From: Phoronis australis
Taxonomy: Eukaryota > Animalia > Phoronida
Assembly (NCBI GenBank): GCA_002633005.1
Contig: NMRA01000317.1
Location: forward strand, 78,849 to 142,848
Direction: 5' to 3'
Length of the DNA: 64,000 bases
Translations under genes and position numbers: made by a program
The notes under the pieces: model-generated
What the model was told of the DNA's origin: nothing
The model's input: only the letters and a program-made list of their open reading frames with translations
The model's database searches: none
Shown here: positions 12,722-27,050 of the stretch, piece by piece
Layout: every line of letters begins with the position of its first letter
Position numbering within the stretch: the stretch's first letter is position 1

Positions 12722-14132
12722 ATGTTTTTGTCTTGAGTTATATTATAGGCACTTAAATATGTCACCTCAACTGAGCTGACACAAATATTGCGAAGGGTGT
12801 ATAGAATTAGTGAGTTTCAAAATTTTATTTTTCTGGATCCTTTTTCTGATCTAGACATAATCACAGGGATATATCTAGGTTTCAAAACCTTGCTCGCCAG
12901 CTGGGCGAGTGAGCCAGAAAATCTACTCACCCAGCCCAAATCCAGTCTCCCAGCCGTTTGCATCACTTGCTACCAATGTAAATAAAAATCATTGTTTCGT
13001 GCGTTGATGCCACCATCTATTAGGGCTAGTATCGTTTTTAGAAAATAAATTCCTACTAAGAAACTTTTGACGTCGATGAATTCCCAGCAACGCAAGACTT
13101 TGCCTTGGCGCAAAGCTACAACAGGCTACAGCTACGGTGCCGATGTGGGTAAAAGACTGACCAGATAAAATCTGATACAATAGTAGTTTTATTAAAAACT
13201 GCACTCTTCCTCACTCCTGACACCAAAATGGAAGCCCCCAACCAAAAGCAACAGCGCAAGAAATAAACTTATCATTAAGCGCAAGTCAAACATTTTGTCC
13301 ACATCCACGTGTTCAAAAACTTATTCTTTGAACTTTTGATTTGCCTGGTGACTTTTTACATGATGTGTGTTTGCTTCATTATTTTGGCAGCCTACAAAGC
13401 ACCCCAATGCATAATAGTAATATCGTGGGATTGTTGAGGATGTGCTTTGAACAAGCGCGGGTTTTGGCTTTGAACTAAAAAAGAAATAGACAATGTATAT
13501 AAAATGTTACATTGTTCAAAGTATTCAGTTAGAAAATCTGTCAATCATTAGCACGTGTTTGGTTGCCTAGGTGTCCAGCAGGAAGCAAATCTTTACAAAT
13601 CAAGTGCTGCCCATAAAATACACCACGAAGTAGCGGAATCTTGCTTGATCTGTCTTTTCTCTCAAGAAACTTGCCCTACTGAATACACGCCTACCTGTAT
13701 GAATACCTTAGTTCCAGGAAATGACGAATAGCCACCGAGGTACGTAAAAACCCAATCACGCTCAGGATCACGACGCCACTGTATCATGCACTACAGGCCG
13801 TCGGAAGTCCGTTACTTCAATCCCCCAACCTATCTTTTAACTGATATGCTTGAAGTCCGACGTCAGCGTAGCTCCGTGATGGTAAACTCAAGTCCTTCCC
13901 GATCCCTTGCATAATCAGCCAGTGTTTCATATAATCACCCTATTACTGTCGGCTAATATGACCATTTTCTGTCATAAACTCATCGGTTCGGCATGGAAAG
14001 CTAGATGTGAATGAGGTCATAATGGCTGGGTTTTGATGCCAATGAAAAGTATAATAAAAAGATAATCAAGATGATGAAAGCCAGAAATAAAGGTTGCTTC
14101 TAATAAAACTGATGACTTAGACGTTAATATTT

Positions 14133-14628
14133 TGGTACTTCATAAAAGTGGACAGACAGACAACTAGTCGAGGTGAAGATATGAAAAGTGAAGGGAGGTT
14201 TTCAGGCAATTTGCCTACAGTAATTCTCCACTTACTTTGCACACTCACTTGATTTCGCACACCCAAAATTATTAGGAATATAACATTTTGTTCCGCAGTT
14301 ATTTCACATGAGACTACTTGACAGGAATTTCTTGCCTCAACTAATTTCGCAAAGGGTCCGTTTTGTACCTGGGAAAATGTCAGCACCAAGTCCTCACTTT
14401 AATCCTGGGATCCTTTTCATGGTCGTACGCTGTTTCTGAAAAATTATTACCTGGGCAAAAGTGCCTGAGAATAAACGCGTAGCAGCTAGTTGGAGATAAC
14501 TTCCATAACTTATCTTTAGACTGCGGTGCGCTTATAATTACTTGACCATTGTGAATAATGGGAGCATAGGGTAAAATGGTGAAATATCTGTCTTATGTCT
14601 TGAGTCACTTTTCATGAAACAGACCCCT
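14133..14628. mobile_element. Harbinger-like MITE, copy 2 (left end decayed)
   Basis: Right end gtcttgagtcacttttcatgaaacagacccc matches the ends at 4849 and 33570. Confidence 0.5.
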
Positions 14629-15519
14629 CCCCAGTGTTAAAATCTTTTTATTTATGTTGCTAAGGTCTATACATTGTATAGTCACCACTTAATTCGTGTG
14701 GAATAGCTCATTAGAAACTTGGCCACACACAGATTGCAGTACAATGGTTGATAAAATCTTTCAGGAACACTGATCTAACTTAACTTGACTTAAGGGCAAT
14801 AAAGTACTGACTGAAATAGATTAAACTATTGTGGACTAAAACTGTTGATTTTTTATGTTTGATGTCTGAAGTTGAATTTCCTGTTCAACGTTATGATAGA
14901 ACCAGTTTTTTTTTCAATGAAATGCGATAAGTGTTAGCCAAATACGATCTCATTATTGCAGTTTTGTTGACCAACGGATGTAGTAATTGGTTTATGACAT
15001 GTGAGCTCTTACAAAGGATTGCGAGAATGCTTCACAATTGTTCTTAAACTGATCTTGGAAACCTGTTTTTGTCAGGAGTTGAAACTGTAGGGTGTGGGGT
15101 GGTGTTTGTAATGTCATGCTGTTGTAAACATGCAGTAAAGGGGTTGATCAAGATGTGTATCGTGTGGTTCAGAGGTACGGTATTTGTTGACTAGAACATT
15201 TCACCAATGAGGGGGTAAACTGCATTATTATTAGTACAGGGTAACTTCTGTTAATAAGGTTTCATGTCGAGTCATATCAGTAATGTGTGAAAAACACCAG
15301 AAAAAGGTAACATACCTGCAACATGCTCTGCATGTTGTCAGTGTTTCAAACATGTCATCACTTCAAAAAACCTTGAATAGTAATTGTGAACATGGAGCTT
15401 GTCTTGTGATAAACTTTGTTACAACAAGGTTTTTGTTGAAGTTGATGACATACTGTTCTTAGGAACACAGCCACAAAAAATATACATGCATTATTATGAT
15501 GCCTCCAAGCCATGATGGT

Positions 15520-15800
15520 TGTAGAGCTGTACCCCTGTACGAAGAGCTGTACCCCAGTATAGGTAGAGTTGTACCCCTGTATGAAGAGATGTAGCCCGGT
15601 ATGTAGAGCTGTACCCTGGTATGTAGAGCTGTACTCCACTATGTAGAGCTGTACCCTGGTATGTAGAACTGTACCCTTGTATGTAGAGCTGTACCAAGTA
15701 GGTAGAGCTGTACCCTGGTGTATAGAGCTGTACCCTGGTATGTAGATCTGTACCCTGGTATGTAGAGCTGTATTACGGTAGGTAAAGCTGTAATCTGCTA
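15520..15800. repeat. 20-bp minisatellite (atgtagagctgtaccctggt), about 13-14 copies
   Basis: Clear 20-bp periodicity. Explains the ORFs 15358-15639 and 15494-15697. Confidence 0.92.
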
Positions 15801-17470
15801 TGTAAAACTTTACTCATGGCTGTAATTTTGATGCCACCATGCTTACATATTGAATTATCCATTAAAGTGCGAGAGCAACATTTGGTGAAAGTGAGTTGCT
15901 GACTGATTGTCCAGCAATGTTATAACTAGAATTCAGTACGTGAAATTTGTGTCTGCGTAACAATGGGGTCAATACTTTCATATTGAAACACAATTACTAT
16001 TTACTAGATCAGATAACTCATAAGCTGCGTTTTATTAAATTCATGCTTAGTCAGTTGGAAGCCTTATGCATGGTTACTCGGCTAATTTTTTAGTGAACCT
16101 TGGACTACAAAGTCTGTATTTTCAGTTTATCCTGCCTGTGGGAAAAATGTATACTAACATATTTTGTGCGAAATAACAATCGTTCAGTATCCTTCAAGAC
16201 CCTAAATAGTGCACCTGTAGTCTCAGTGGTATCTCCTCCTTATAAATAAATTGATGAAAACTTGTCAAAAAATACGCGAAATTATGGTAGTGTTTTTAAC
16301 AAATTAATTGAGTGACCTCAATTGGCCAGCAAGTGAATTGTTGTTGAGGTAACCAATATTGCACTTTCAAGCAGCAGAAATACATTGCAATGACCATTTT
16401 GTTCATGTGGTTGAAATTTACACTAAAGAGTTCAGACTAAGGTTACGCCCACATTGAGTGCCATCTGCTTCTGGATCCTGTTGTGTGAAACAGGTCATTC
16501 ACTATATGAACAATGACTTTACAGTAATAAAACATTGGCTAAACAAGTTGATAAATCGTTGACTAAAACTGGTGATTTTTCTGACAGTTTGTCTTCTGAA
16601 GTTGAACTCCTGGTAAAAAGTTATGTTAGGATCATTTTTAAGACCAGGAAAATTTGCCAAAATGGATGCGCTATGTCTCTGTGCTCATTGAGCCATGACA
16701 GATAATTGGCTTGCGAGTGGTGATGTCAGACAAAAGCGTCTGGAGTTTAAACCAGATGTGAGGTTTTTGTAGTGTCTAATTCCAACGCAAGTCAATTCTT
16801 AATTCTGTCTTGTCGAGCATTCTGTCACTTAAATGGTTGTCCAACACTCAAATTTTTATTCTTGTTCCTGTACGCAACAAGTTACGAACTTGGTATGAGG
16901 GAAGAAGTGTTTGTCTTCCCTTGAGTTCTGCTGGCATCTGCATAAAAGTCTGGTGGGTATGTACATAAACATGTTATGCAATATATGTGATGATAGCTGT
17001 GGGTTATTATATTTTGATTCATGCTATGCAACCAAATCCCTGACTTTAGGCTTGCACATCATGGATATTGACGTACAGTAAAGTTTCCATAAAGTCGAAC
17101 CAAAATAATGGCCAAAACTGTATTTTTTTTAAATTTCAAACTCTCATTGTATTGCCAACAATTCCATCTTGTGTTTGTTGATGACAGTCGTACTACATGA
17201 AGTTTTCAAGTAGTAAAGTAAAATGGTCTTCTTGTTTACCCTAGATCAAAATTTTGATCAAATAAAAGTTTTCTGTTCCGCCATATTGTGTTCTAATTTT
17301 AAAGATATTCAAAAACTCAGCACACTTTGATCTCTTGATCCTTACATGTGTTGTGTAGAGTGTAGTTATAGTACATTCACACTTCCTTGATGGCTAAACC
17401 TCATGAGCAAAGCCACTGACACCTGTACTTTTAATAAAGAGATTGTTTTTGTTCTGAACAGCTTCGTATA

Positions 17471-18601
17471 TTTTTATGCGCCCTCATATTTATATGTTGA
17501 CGCATTATGCCGTCATCTCCATCCGTCCGTCCGGGCGGCATCCGCTGTTCTATCTCCAAATCCCTTTGACATACGTTCATGAAATTTGGCATATATGTTC
17601 CATTCATGAATGGTATGTAGGCACTATTAGTGAGATGACGTTAACCTCCCATTTTCGGATGGATTCGACGTAGTTTGCGCCACCTAGTGGCCATTTTTAC
17701 TGTTTTCGAGTCTGTTTTTGCGTCCACCCCTCTATCAACCAAACCACTCAAGGATGATTGTGAAAATTGGTATGTATGTGCTTACTATAAAGAGGACAGT
17801 TGATGATGGTTTTCTGACGATTTCGACTACTGTGGCGCCTCCTAGTGGCAGTTTTGTTTTTGTTGCGCCTATGGCTGTATCTCTTAAACCGTTTGCAGGA
17901 TCTTTACTTAATTTATCAAGTGTATTTATATGATGTTGACTACGGATGACAACGACTTTCGGAAAGATCTGACTACTGCTGTGCCCCCAAGTGGCAATTT
18001 TAGTTTTTAAGTTTAACTCAGTATCTTCAAAGGTCCTCAACAGATTTTCATAAATTTTGAATATAGTCATCTATTGGTGTGATGACGCAATCTTCCTATT
18101 TTTGGATGGAATCGAGGTATTTTGCACCACGTAGTGGCCATTTTTGCTGTTTTCAAATCTTGTTTTTGGTGTCCACCCCTGTATCAACCAAATCATTTGA
18201 AAATTGGCATATATGTTCTCAGTGTGAAGACGACCTTTGATGATGGTGACTGACTACTGTGGCGCCTCCTAGTGGTAGTTTTGTTCTGCGCCCATAGTTG
18301 TTTCTCCTAAGCCCACTGCAGGATCTTTACTTAATTTAGTAAGTGTATTTATATGAAGATAACAACAGACGACGACGACTTTCAGGTGCATCGGACGGAC
18401 ACTGTGCCCACTAGTGGCAATTTCATTTTATTCTGTTTTCCTTTGTTTCTCTGAAGTTCCTTGACAAATTTTTATGACATATGGAATGTATCTTTTTGCG
18501 CCATCTAGTGGCCATTTTTATGATACAAATAAATAACCCTAAAAGCACACCATTTACAATGCATTCGTGGGCGCATTTCAACGCTACGCGTTGCTCTTGT
18601 T
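17471..18601 (+). mobile_element. HINE-like element, second long copy (fewer internal units than 10865-12547)
   Basis: Same 5' palindrome, ccgtccgtcc microsatellite and internal units. Near-identical 3' end gcattcgtgggcgcatttcaacgctacgcgttgctcttgt. Confidence 0.78.
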
Positions 18602-21600
18602 AGTGTTGAAATTGTTGACTGACGTAATTCTATGTAAAACCTAAGAACGGTAAAAATTCTCCAGTTTGGGATGGTGAAAAATTATCATTTTGCTCGAGGT
18701 CAGAGCTTGTACCAAATTTTAGAAATTGGCAATATAGGGCGTCCCAAATTCAAGCATTACAGTAAATGACAAATGATAACTAATAACATGAATGACAAGC
18801 TTGAGTTGGCAGCTATTTTGGACGATTTTACGCTATTGTCAAGTCTATTTTCAGGCTCTGTCCTTACAGAACACAGTAGTCTTAGAGTAACCACCCATAG
18901 TGTCCTCATAGGGGACCTAGAAATTCTTAGCAGTGTAAGATTTTTTGGTTGTTTCATGTTGAGGTGGCCCCCCTGAAGCATTTAAGCTGCGTTGTAATAA
19001 TGACAACTTTGAGCATTTTTAAATATGCAAATTAAAGCTGCTCTTATATGCAAAACTCTGTTTTTGCTCTTAACTTCGTTCCCAGGTTCTGTAGGTAAAT
19101 TATTTTGGTGTTTTTACTTTGTTTCCTAGGTCAGAGAGTTCAATGGAGCTAGTTTACAGGTGGATAAATCGTGACATTGCATAATTTTTGTGAGTTAAAA
19201 CTGGCACTGTTCAAAAACCTACTTGTGCTTATAGCTTGCACAAAAACTCCACAGGTAAATTATTCTGATATTTTCTCCCATGTTTCTATGGTCACTTAAT
19301 TTAATTAAATCGGTGTGGAAGCCCTTGCGAGGTGATAAATTTCCATAATTTATGCAAATAATGACCACCATTATCTGAACGTCTGTTTCTATTCGTGACG
19401 GCCTTAAGTCTCTTTCCCAAGAGGAAACGTGTCACAGGGGCGTTCTCAGCTGATACATAATATCACAAGAATTGTTGTCAGGGTTCCATATCAGTTTGTT
19501 TTAAACCTTTGAAATCTTTTGACTTCTTTGTTTTGATACATGTTTCAACAGATATAAACAAAAAATATGATTTTGAGATTACAGTTGCATTTTGCCCTGT
19601 GTTTAGCTGGCCAAAAACAAAGATCGAATTAGGAATTTTACTTTCAAAATACTGGTCTCGTATATTGCTTACCATATGACAAGATTCCATTTCATTACCA
19701 ACTTAAGTCACAGAGAATGTGTATATGTGCCATTGGTTGGGGCCGAGATGCAGCAGCCTAGTCACATTTGTGATGATGTGACAATGTAACTGACTAGATG
19801 CGCAGCAGCTAGAATGAGCAAACACAGCCATTGTCTTGATGACAAGTATCTTAACTTTCGAGAACAACTTTCCGACAATCAGGTGTTTGTTGAACTGATG
19901 AAAAAAGAAAATGACATTTTAAATATGCCAGGTTGTGTATCAGTTGTTGGCTGTGGAAATTTTCCAAGCAAGTCTTTAAAATTTGGCTTAATGCTGTAGT
20001 GGTGAAGGTGGAGGTATGTATGAATAACTCGACATTTTCTAAATTACCATTTTGTTTACTGTAACTTTTGAGTCTTGTTGAAAATTGTAAAATTTCTATT
20101 TTTGATAGCCCCTCATGCAAAAATGGATCCTTATGAAAACAATTTCTAAAAACGTTTTGGAGAACATTGCACAAAGCATATTATCATACGAATCCGATCA
20201 GCTGTTTTTTTTTTTTGAGATAGGATGTTCCGAATTTTGTCAAATTTTGACATTTTTCTAGTCAAGTACTACATAACCTTAAAAGGGTTTTGGTTTATCA
20301 TGCTACCACAACAGGATAGTGTGATGTCAGTTATTTGCTATAGTAAAAATGATTTTGGCACGGACAAAAAACTAACCACTGTAAAGTTTCAAAACATTTG
20401 AATAAAAATAATTGCAAACAATGACATTTTCCCATTTTCCAAAAGCTCACTTCATTGTGAAAATGGTCAAAATTTCACGTGTGTTTGTTGATGACGGCTG
20501 TATAATATAAAGTGTATGAATGATGAAGTAAAATTTTCTTCCTCTTTTGGCTTGTTCAAACTTCGTGAAAATAAAATTTCACTGTCCCGCCATAGTGTGT
20601 TGTAAATTAAAACAGCTTTTCTCTATATTGTGAAACTATTTACAAATCACTCGGTGAGGGTATTATGCAAAAACACGAATGCCACAGATTATATTAACTC
20701 TGCTAAACCATTGACCTGTCATTTATTAAAGTTGATATTTCAAGTTTGGCAATACCTGTGGTTAATTGTGCAATATTTAGTAATAAAATATGGGTGTATA
20801 AACTTATGCTGGTGAGATAACAATGTTTTCTCATTACATACAAATCAGTTTAGTGTTTGATGTGTTGAATGCATTCAGAGTTCAAGGAAATGCTTTTTGC
20901 ATTGTTTATTCAACATCAGTATGATAAAATCTCACAATTTCGTACAAAAATAATTTCCAAAATTGTCCTTTAAAGTGTCTTTCAGTGTCAAAAGTAATAT
21001 TCAGTTTTGTAGAATAAGGAAGTTAAGGCTGTTGAATCATAGATGACTCTCTGTTGAAGTTCCCGGATTCATTCTATCAGCGCAGTAAGATATGCATCCA
21101 TTTGTTTGGAAATATTCTCTTGACCACTTGAGGCAACAATCATGAAATATGCAATGCAAACTGCAGTGACAGAACAGTAATGACATTAGTCTAATACAGT
21201 GCAGGCCAAAAGTATTTAGATAAAATGACCTGGACTTCACCTTTATGATGGCTGGCCTGAAGCCAAATCGTCTGGGTAATCTTCCCTCATGGCCAAGATT
21301 ATGAAGGGGAATTAACTGGAAAGTTGATAAAATGGCCATAATAAGCTATTCTGCAATTATAGTTTCGTCCCCTATATCATTTTAATTAGCCACCATGACA
21401 GGAAAAAGTTTTTTGTGTGGCTGATTACTTTTGTCGTGTGCTTTGTATCCATGTAACTATTATCTAGGAAATGCTTTCATCGTGACATCACAATGCTCCC
21501 TCAGTACAGTTACCTGAGTGCTTTTCATTCATGAGCCATAATTGTGAGAATGCCACCATTTGGCAGAATTTTTACTGCATTGACTCAAGTATGTGTTACT

Positions 21601-21691
21601 TGTTCACAGTCATAGCCCTGGAACAGTTTTGTCTAAGGTTTGCCTGATCATATCTACCATGACTGAGGCACATTCTTCTGCATTATTTATA

Positions 21692-21938
21692 CAGTAAAAT
21701 CTCCCCACTTTCGCACAAAAATAATATCCAAAATTGTACTTTTTCATATTTCAAAGGCTTCTTGTATTGTTGTTCATGCCCACATTTTTTTCAAAATATT
21801 GTCTGTTGGTAAACAATGTTACAGAACTTGAATAAGACAAAGCATTAGTTCGGAACTATGTAATTGTTTATGAAAACATGAAAAAACAAAGTTTCAAGGA
21901 TCCCCTATATTGTGTCCTAAATTGGTGAGATTTTAATG
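21692..21938. mobile_element. CAGTA-ended ~245-bp MITE (related Tc1/mariner-pogo-like family, opposite orientation)
   Basis: TA|cagtaaaatctccc...aattggtgagattttaatg. Similar copies at ~17075-17310, 20380-20610, 24045-24280 and 55514-55729. Confidence 0.6.
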
Positions 21939-22275
21939 ATTGACACATGAGTACATTTTACATGACATTCACAAATCAGTTTTAATGAACTGTAGTCAGT
22001 GAAATTCAAGACATACAACTGACTTAGCGAACACAAGGCACAGGACCATTGACAAAACAGTGTCCTGCATGGATATTGTTTTGGCTTAACTAAAGTGCAC
22101 ATTTCCATTATTATGTTTTTAAACACATTGTAAAAGCCATAACATGGGGGATTGTCTGCAAAATCCGATTGATTGATCATCGGTGACACATTTTTCACCT
22201 TCCTTGAAAATTCTTCTACAACCATATTTTCTAGTTTAACTGCTTGCAGGTTCTGATGGCAAAGTTTTCTCCTAA

Positions 22276-22780
22276 GGCCCTTTCATATTGACTTAACTCC
22301 GGTCTGAGCGGAGCGTCGATGTAGACAGCGCAGTTAACTGGACTGTTCATACTGGCTTCGGTAGTTAATGACCATCGAAGTAAAGGGTCGGTGACGCTGA
22401 CGTCATCGAAGTTATCGCAAGGTAGCACTGCACGCTAAGATTTTTTTTCAATGTGACAATTTGGGAACATTTAAATGTGCTTAATGACATTAAACTCATT
22501 TTTAAATCCATTGGTTATCATTAGAGCAAAAATAAGTAGTTATTAGTGACGGCACTACTCTGTAACTGTTGACGATAACAGTGGCACCTAGCAGTAACTT
22601 CGACTGGACCGGAGTTAAGCGTTCATACTGCACCGCAGCGTCGACGCTGCGGTCTTAAATCCACCTGTTAACTGCGATGTTAATTGGAGCTGTTAACTGC
22701 GATCCAGGACCGGAGTTAAGCGTTCATACTGACCACAACTCCCCAAACCATCGACGCGTCGACGTTAGTATGAAAGGCCC
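22276..22780 (+). mobile_element. ~500-bp MITE with GG(C/G)CCTTTCATA TIRs (PIF/Harbinger-like), copy 1
   Basis: ggccctttcatattg...gtatgaaaggccc, with internal repeats gttaactg and cggagttaagcgttcatactg. Inverted copy at 34975-35461. Confidence 0.8.
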
Positions 22781-23864
22781 TCTAAGGCCAAAAGAAGACT
22801 TTGAGTTAAGCATCTTCTGTCTGGATCATTGCGTTTTGCCTAATCCAGTTACACACAGTAAACATCTGGGGTGTCATGTTTCCCTAGGAAGCAATTTACC
22901 AACAGAACACTTTAGGACTACTTTCCAATGAATGAATAAATCAGTAATGTGGACCAGTAAGATTGTTCATTGTTTTAGTTTATAGGTTGTTTGAAGCAGG
23001 TACCTTTTTTAATTTTTACATGTAATTTAATCAGTTGTTGAGATTTTAAGGAATTCAAGTTTGAAGCAGATACCTTTATTTTAAAATTGTCACGAGGAAT
23101 GTAATCTTTGAGATTAAATCGAGTGCAGTTAAAGAGGGTTTGAGGAAAAGTTTAATTTTTAATTTTCAATCGCAACAGTGTAGCAAATAATAATCACGGG
23201 GGCTAAAATGGAACAAAGACAGAGTTTGCAATGCGTACTGCACTATTGAAAAAGTCTTTGGTAGTCAACATTGATACACCGAGACGAAATTTTGTTTTAG
23301 AGCTTTACACTAGTTTTTATTAGATAAGAGATCTAATGTATGATAAACTATTGGCAAATAAAATTGGTCTGCACGGTAGGCCTATGTGGAAGGAAAATTA
23401 CTCATATTTTATAAATACTCATATTTTATAAAACACTCCTGTACATGACTTGTTGTGTCATAAAAAAATCACATGTAATCGTCTGTTGCCATAGATAATA
23501 ATGTGGAATCATCTGACGTTTTGCCAGCAGATATTTGGCTAATTGCACACACTTGTAAGGTCCCACCCACTTTTAAGTTATAGTTTACTGAAAATACACT
23601 ATGGTGAATTCTCGCCTATCATTTGGACAAAAATGATTACTGAAATTGCTCTTTTTGTTATGAATGAACACATTTTTCAAAATATTATTTGATGGTAACT
23701 GCGGTAGAGATTAAACATCTTTCATAGAAAAAGTGAGAAAATACGATTTCACGTGCTGTCGTAGTGTATCCTTTGTTGGTTAGAAGTTACCGTAGGCAAC
23801 AGACAGAACCCATCATCTGTCCTTCAGGTCATCCTTGTCATAGATGTCCATCGTTTCTTTACAG

Positions 23865-24034
23865 TATCGTTGTCCACTCGCTGCCCAGTCAGGATGTCCA
23901 GGACAGCACTAGTCGACCCCAGCCTAAACTGACTGTTACACTACCCAGCGTTCCAACTCGGCTCAAGTTCACATGTAACAGGCTTATCGTGGGCACGGAA
24001 AATGGTACATTGGTTATTTACTCCAGAGCAAAAG
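23865..24034 (+). CDS. ARHGEF10L: ARHGEF10/10L-like exon H (SIVVHSLPSQD...RLIVGTENGTLVIYSRAK)
   Basis: tttctttacag acceptor, G|gtaaat donor. 170 nt, phase 2 to 1, in frame with exon G across a 15,190-bp intron. Confidence 0.88.
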
Positions 24035-26344
24035 GTAAATAATTACAGTAAAATTTCCTTGAATTTGAACAAAATAATGGCCAAAATTGTCGTCATTTAT
24101 TCTTCAAACGCTCATTACCAAAAACGAAAAAAATTCACCGTTTGTTTATGACAGTCGTACTACGTAATGTTTTCAAGGTATCAAATCAAATGTCTTCTTG
24201 TTTCCTTTTGTAGTAAGCTTTGTTAAAACAAAATTTAATTGTTTTGCCATGTTGTGTTCCAATTTGAAGACATTTTATCGTATTGTAACCAACTTCCTCT
24301 GTCACATTCAAATGGTCACCTGATGGTACAAGGAGACAAAACATTGTGTCATTCAAATCTTCAGTCCAGTAAAATGTCACCAGTTTAGGTCAGAAAGTTG
24401 TGGACAAGTGAAGTTTTATTTTACCACTTTGTCATAAATGATATACAGTACTATAGTGACGCTTTGACATGTCTATATGTTCTGTATTGAAGCTATCAAC
24501 AGAAAGTATTTTGAAAAATTGTTTGCATTTACAGCAATGTTAGAAGCCCTTGAAAATAGCTGTGAACAATTATTATTCTCAAATGTTGAGATTTTATCAT
24601 ACTTTCTTGGCCGGCCGCTAACATTTGACTGGGTTTAGAGAGCCACCAAGGTCTGGGGTCTATGCCCCAACATTTGACTGAGTTTAGTGAGCTACCGAGG
24701 CCTGCGGCCTATTCTTCTTACTCAAAGTCGAACTAGAAAGCATTTTTGACATTTTCCCTTGTACTTAACTACCAACTCAAGGTAATTATCTATAATTATA
24801 TGTCTAGATAATGGTTTACTTACAAATTCACACTTGAGGACTCTTAGATTCCAGTTAAAACTCCTGCATAACAGGATTTTACAATCATCCACATTATCTA
24901 GCATAGAATTTGAGTCAATTATCTTGAGTTCCTTTTAAACATGACTTATAATTTGCAATTACAAATTACACGCCACTCACCCCTATCCGCCTGCAGATAG
25001 GGCATTACCATACCCTTTGTGTTTCTAGTGCAATACACCTAGTTTGGTAGAAATAATTACAGGTGCAGTACTTTCTAACAAAGATTTTATACAGTACTCA
25101 TGCCTGTCTAGGGACTACCTGGCACCATGCCGAGAATTGGCATACCTTAAAAATCCAGCTGCTGTGTGGTGGTTTGGTAACAGTCCCAATTATATTGCAC
25201 ACCCACCAGAAATGGCAACATTATAGAAACATTTCTGGTGGTAAAAGTCACATTTCTTGTCCAATTTTCAAAATTCAGAAACCTAAATCATGTGTACTTT
25301 TCATGAATTATTCAAATATGCTATTTACAAACTTTCAAAACGCAAATTTAAAAATACTATTGTCGCTCCCAATGTGTTTATGATGGATCTCATTATTTAG
25401 AGAACGATAACATCAGCAGCCAGAGGCGATTTAATTAATCACAAAAGCATGGTGCCTTTGATCTAAACCTGCAGATTTTGTTGTCCGCAATCTGGTCAAG
25501 TTGCCCAATGTCGACCGGTTAGGGTGTCAAACATAGGATTCTTTTCGTGACAGTTTATGCCTCTAAACCTCCTTACACGAATTTTTTGACTGCCAGTGTT
25601 TGCAAGGCCGCGATTGTGAACAGTTTGATTGTTTGTCCAGACTCCTGTTTCATGTTAGCAATTTTCCACCCTTTGCTGTCCCTTTCAGTTCTCAAATCTG
25701 ATAGTTTGCCCATACCAAGTATTGCTTGACATATACCAATATATTGGTTCCTAGCATACATTAAGGAACTAATTCTGTTCTGTTTTGATACCACCCTTTG
25801 TCCTTTCTTTCATAGAAATGTCCTTGTCAAACTATTTGTCTTGAGTTCTGTTGCAATGAAAAGGGCAAATATTGAAAATAGGCTATCAGTAACCATGTGA
25901 TCTGCTTATGTATTGTTACCACTGATATATATCTTTGTTAAATTGTCGTATGAAATGTCATTTCCTTATGACTGTTTTTATTTAAGCAACAAATAGAATC
26001 TGGGTTACAAACTTGAAACTTTTGGCGCCACTGGTCCAGAAAACTTAAAATGTTTATATTTAATAATGTTACTCAAATTTCCTTATCTTCTTGTGTTGAT
26101 TTTACCAATTGGAAAACTTTTTTTGGTTGCCTTTTAGTGCCAAGTATTTTTTTTTTTGCTGCAGATTCTTGTTTACTGTTGTGTATTACTTCTCAAGTTT
26201 TGTCTACTTCACTCAACTGAGACGTTCCCCTATTATGTATTTATCTCTGATATTCGCTCAGTTTAGGTGGTTGCAAAAGTTGATTTGGGGAAAGTCTCAA
26301 TACTTAAGTAACAATTTAAATCTTGCACTTCTTTCTTCTATTAA

Positions 26345-26485
26345 TACCGTAAACATTTGGGTTATCGCCTTTAGCGCTTTAAGCCTGTATTTCACTGAGT
26401 GGGCGCTTATCCCAGAGGTAGGCACTTTAATCGGAAATTTCAAGAAATTGGGGATGGGCGCTTATCCTAACATGGGTTCTTGACC
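26345..26485 (+). mobile_element. Fragment of a TACCGTA-start, gggcgctta-repeat DNA-transposon family (pogo/mariner-like)
   Basis: taccgtaaac...tgggcgcttatc (x2)...gaaatttcaagaaat. Homologous to 63577-63760. Confidence 0.55.
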
Positions 26486-26926
26486 TGTGCCAGGCAATGA
26501 CCTGACCACCTATGGCCTTTAGAATTGAAGTACACAGATCCAAAGTTAAAAAATTTGTCACAAAGCTAATTGCTAACACAAAAATTCAATCAGTGCTCTC
26601 TAATTGACACGTGTGTTCGAGTAGTAAGTTTACGAATTGAAAAAGGTGGAAATACACATTTAAAGATACCTGCCAAAATTCTACTTGCCAATGTTTATGA
26701 ATGTCATTTGAATCTTTGAAGATCCAAAGTTGGATAAGTCTAAATCCAAACTCCCTGCTTTTGTGCGCAGTTCGAATTTTGCTACAACTGCCAGAGTGGA
26801 CGCTACATTGGAATTCTCAAAAATTTTCAAAAGCAGGAAGTGAATGCTTACGTGGGCATTAACTCGAATGTTTGCGGTGGTATATTACGAGCAATTGAAG
26901 AAAATCAACTTCTGTTTTTTTACAAG

Positions 26927-27050
26927 CAGTGGCGGATTAAATTCTCCCAGATTCCATTTGGCAGTTCGGGGGTGCGAATGTCTGACAGGCAAAATCCTGG
27001 CTAACACTCTGCCCTGGCCCCCCTAACTCAAAATCCTGGATCCGCCTCTG
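26927..27050. mobile_element. 124-bp MITE CAGTGGCGGAT...ATCCGCCTCTG with 5-bp TSD ACAAG
   Basis: TIRs cagtggcggat / atccgcctctg. acaag at 26922-26926 and at 27051-27055. Confidence 0.7.

Noticed and set aside
12862-14000. Possible hAT-like element or transposase remnant starting CAGGG
   Set aside because: No matching right TIR or TSD found, and no transposase-like translation in the segments examined.
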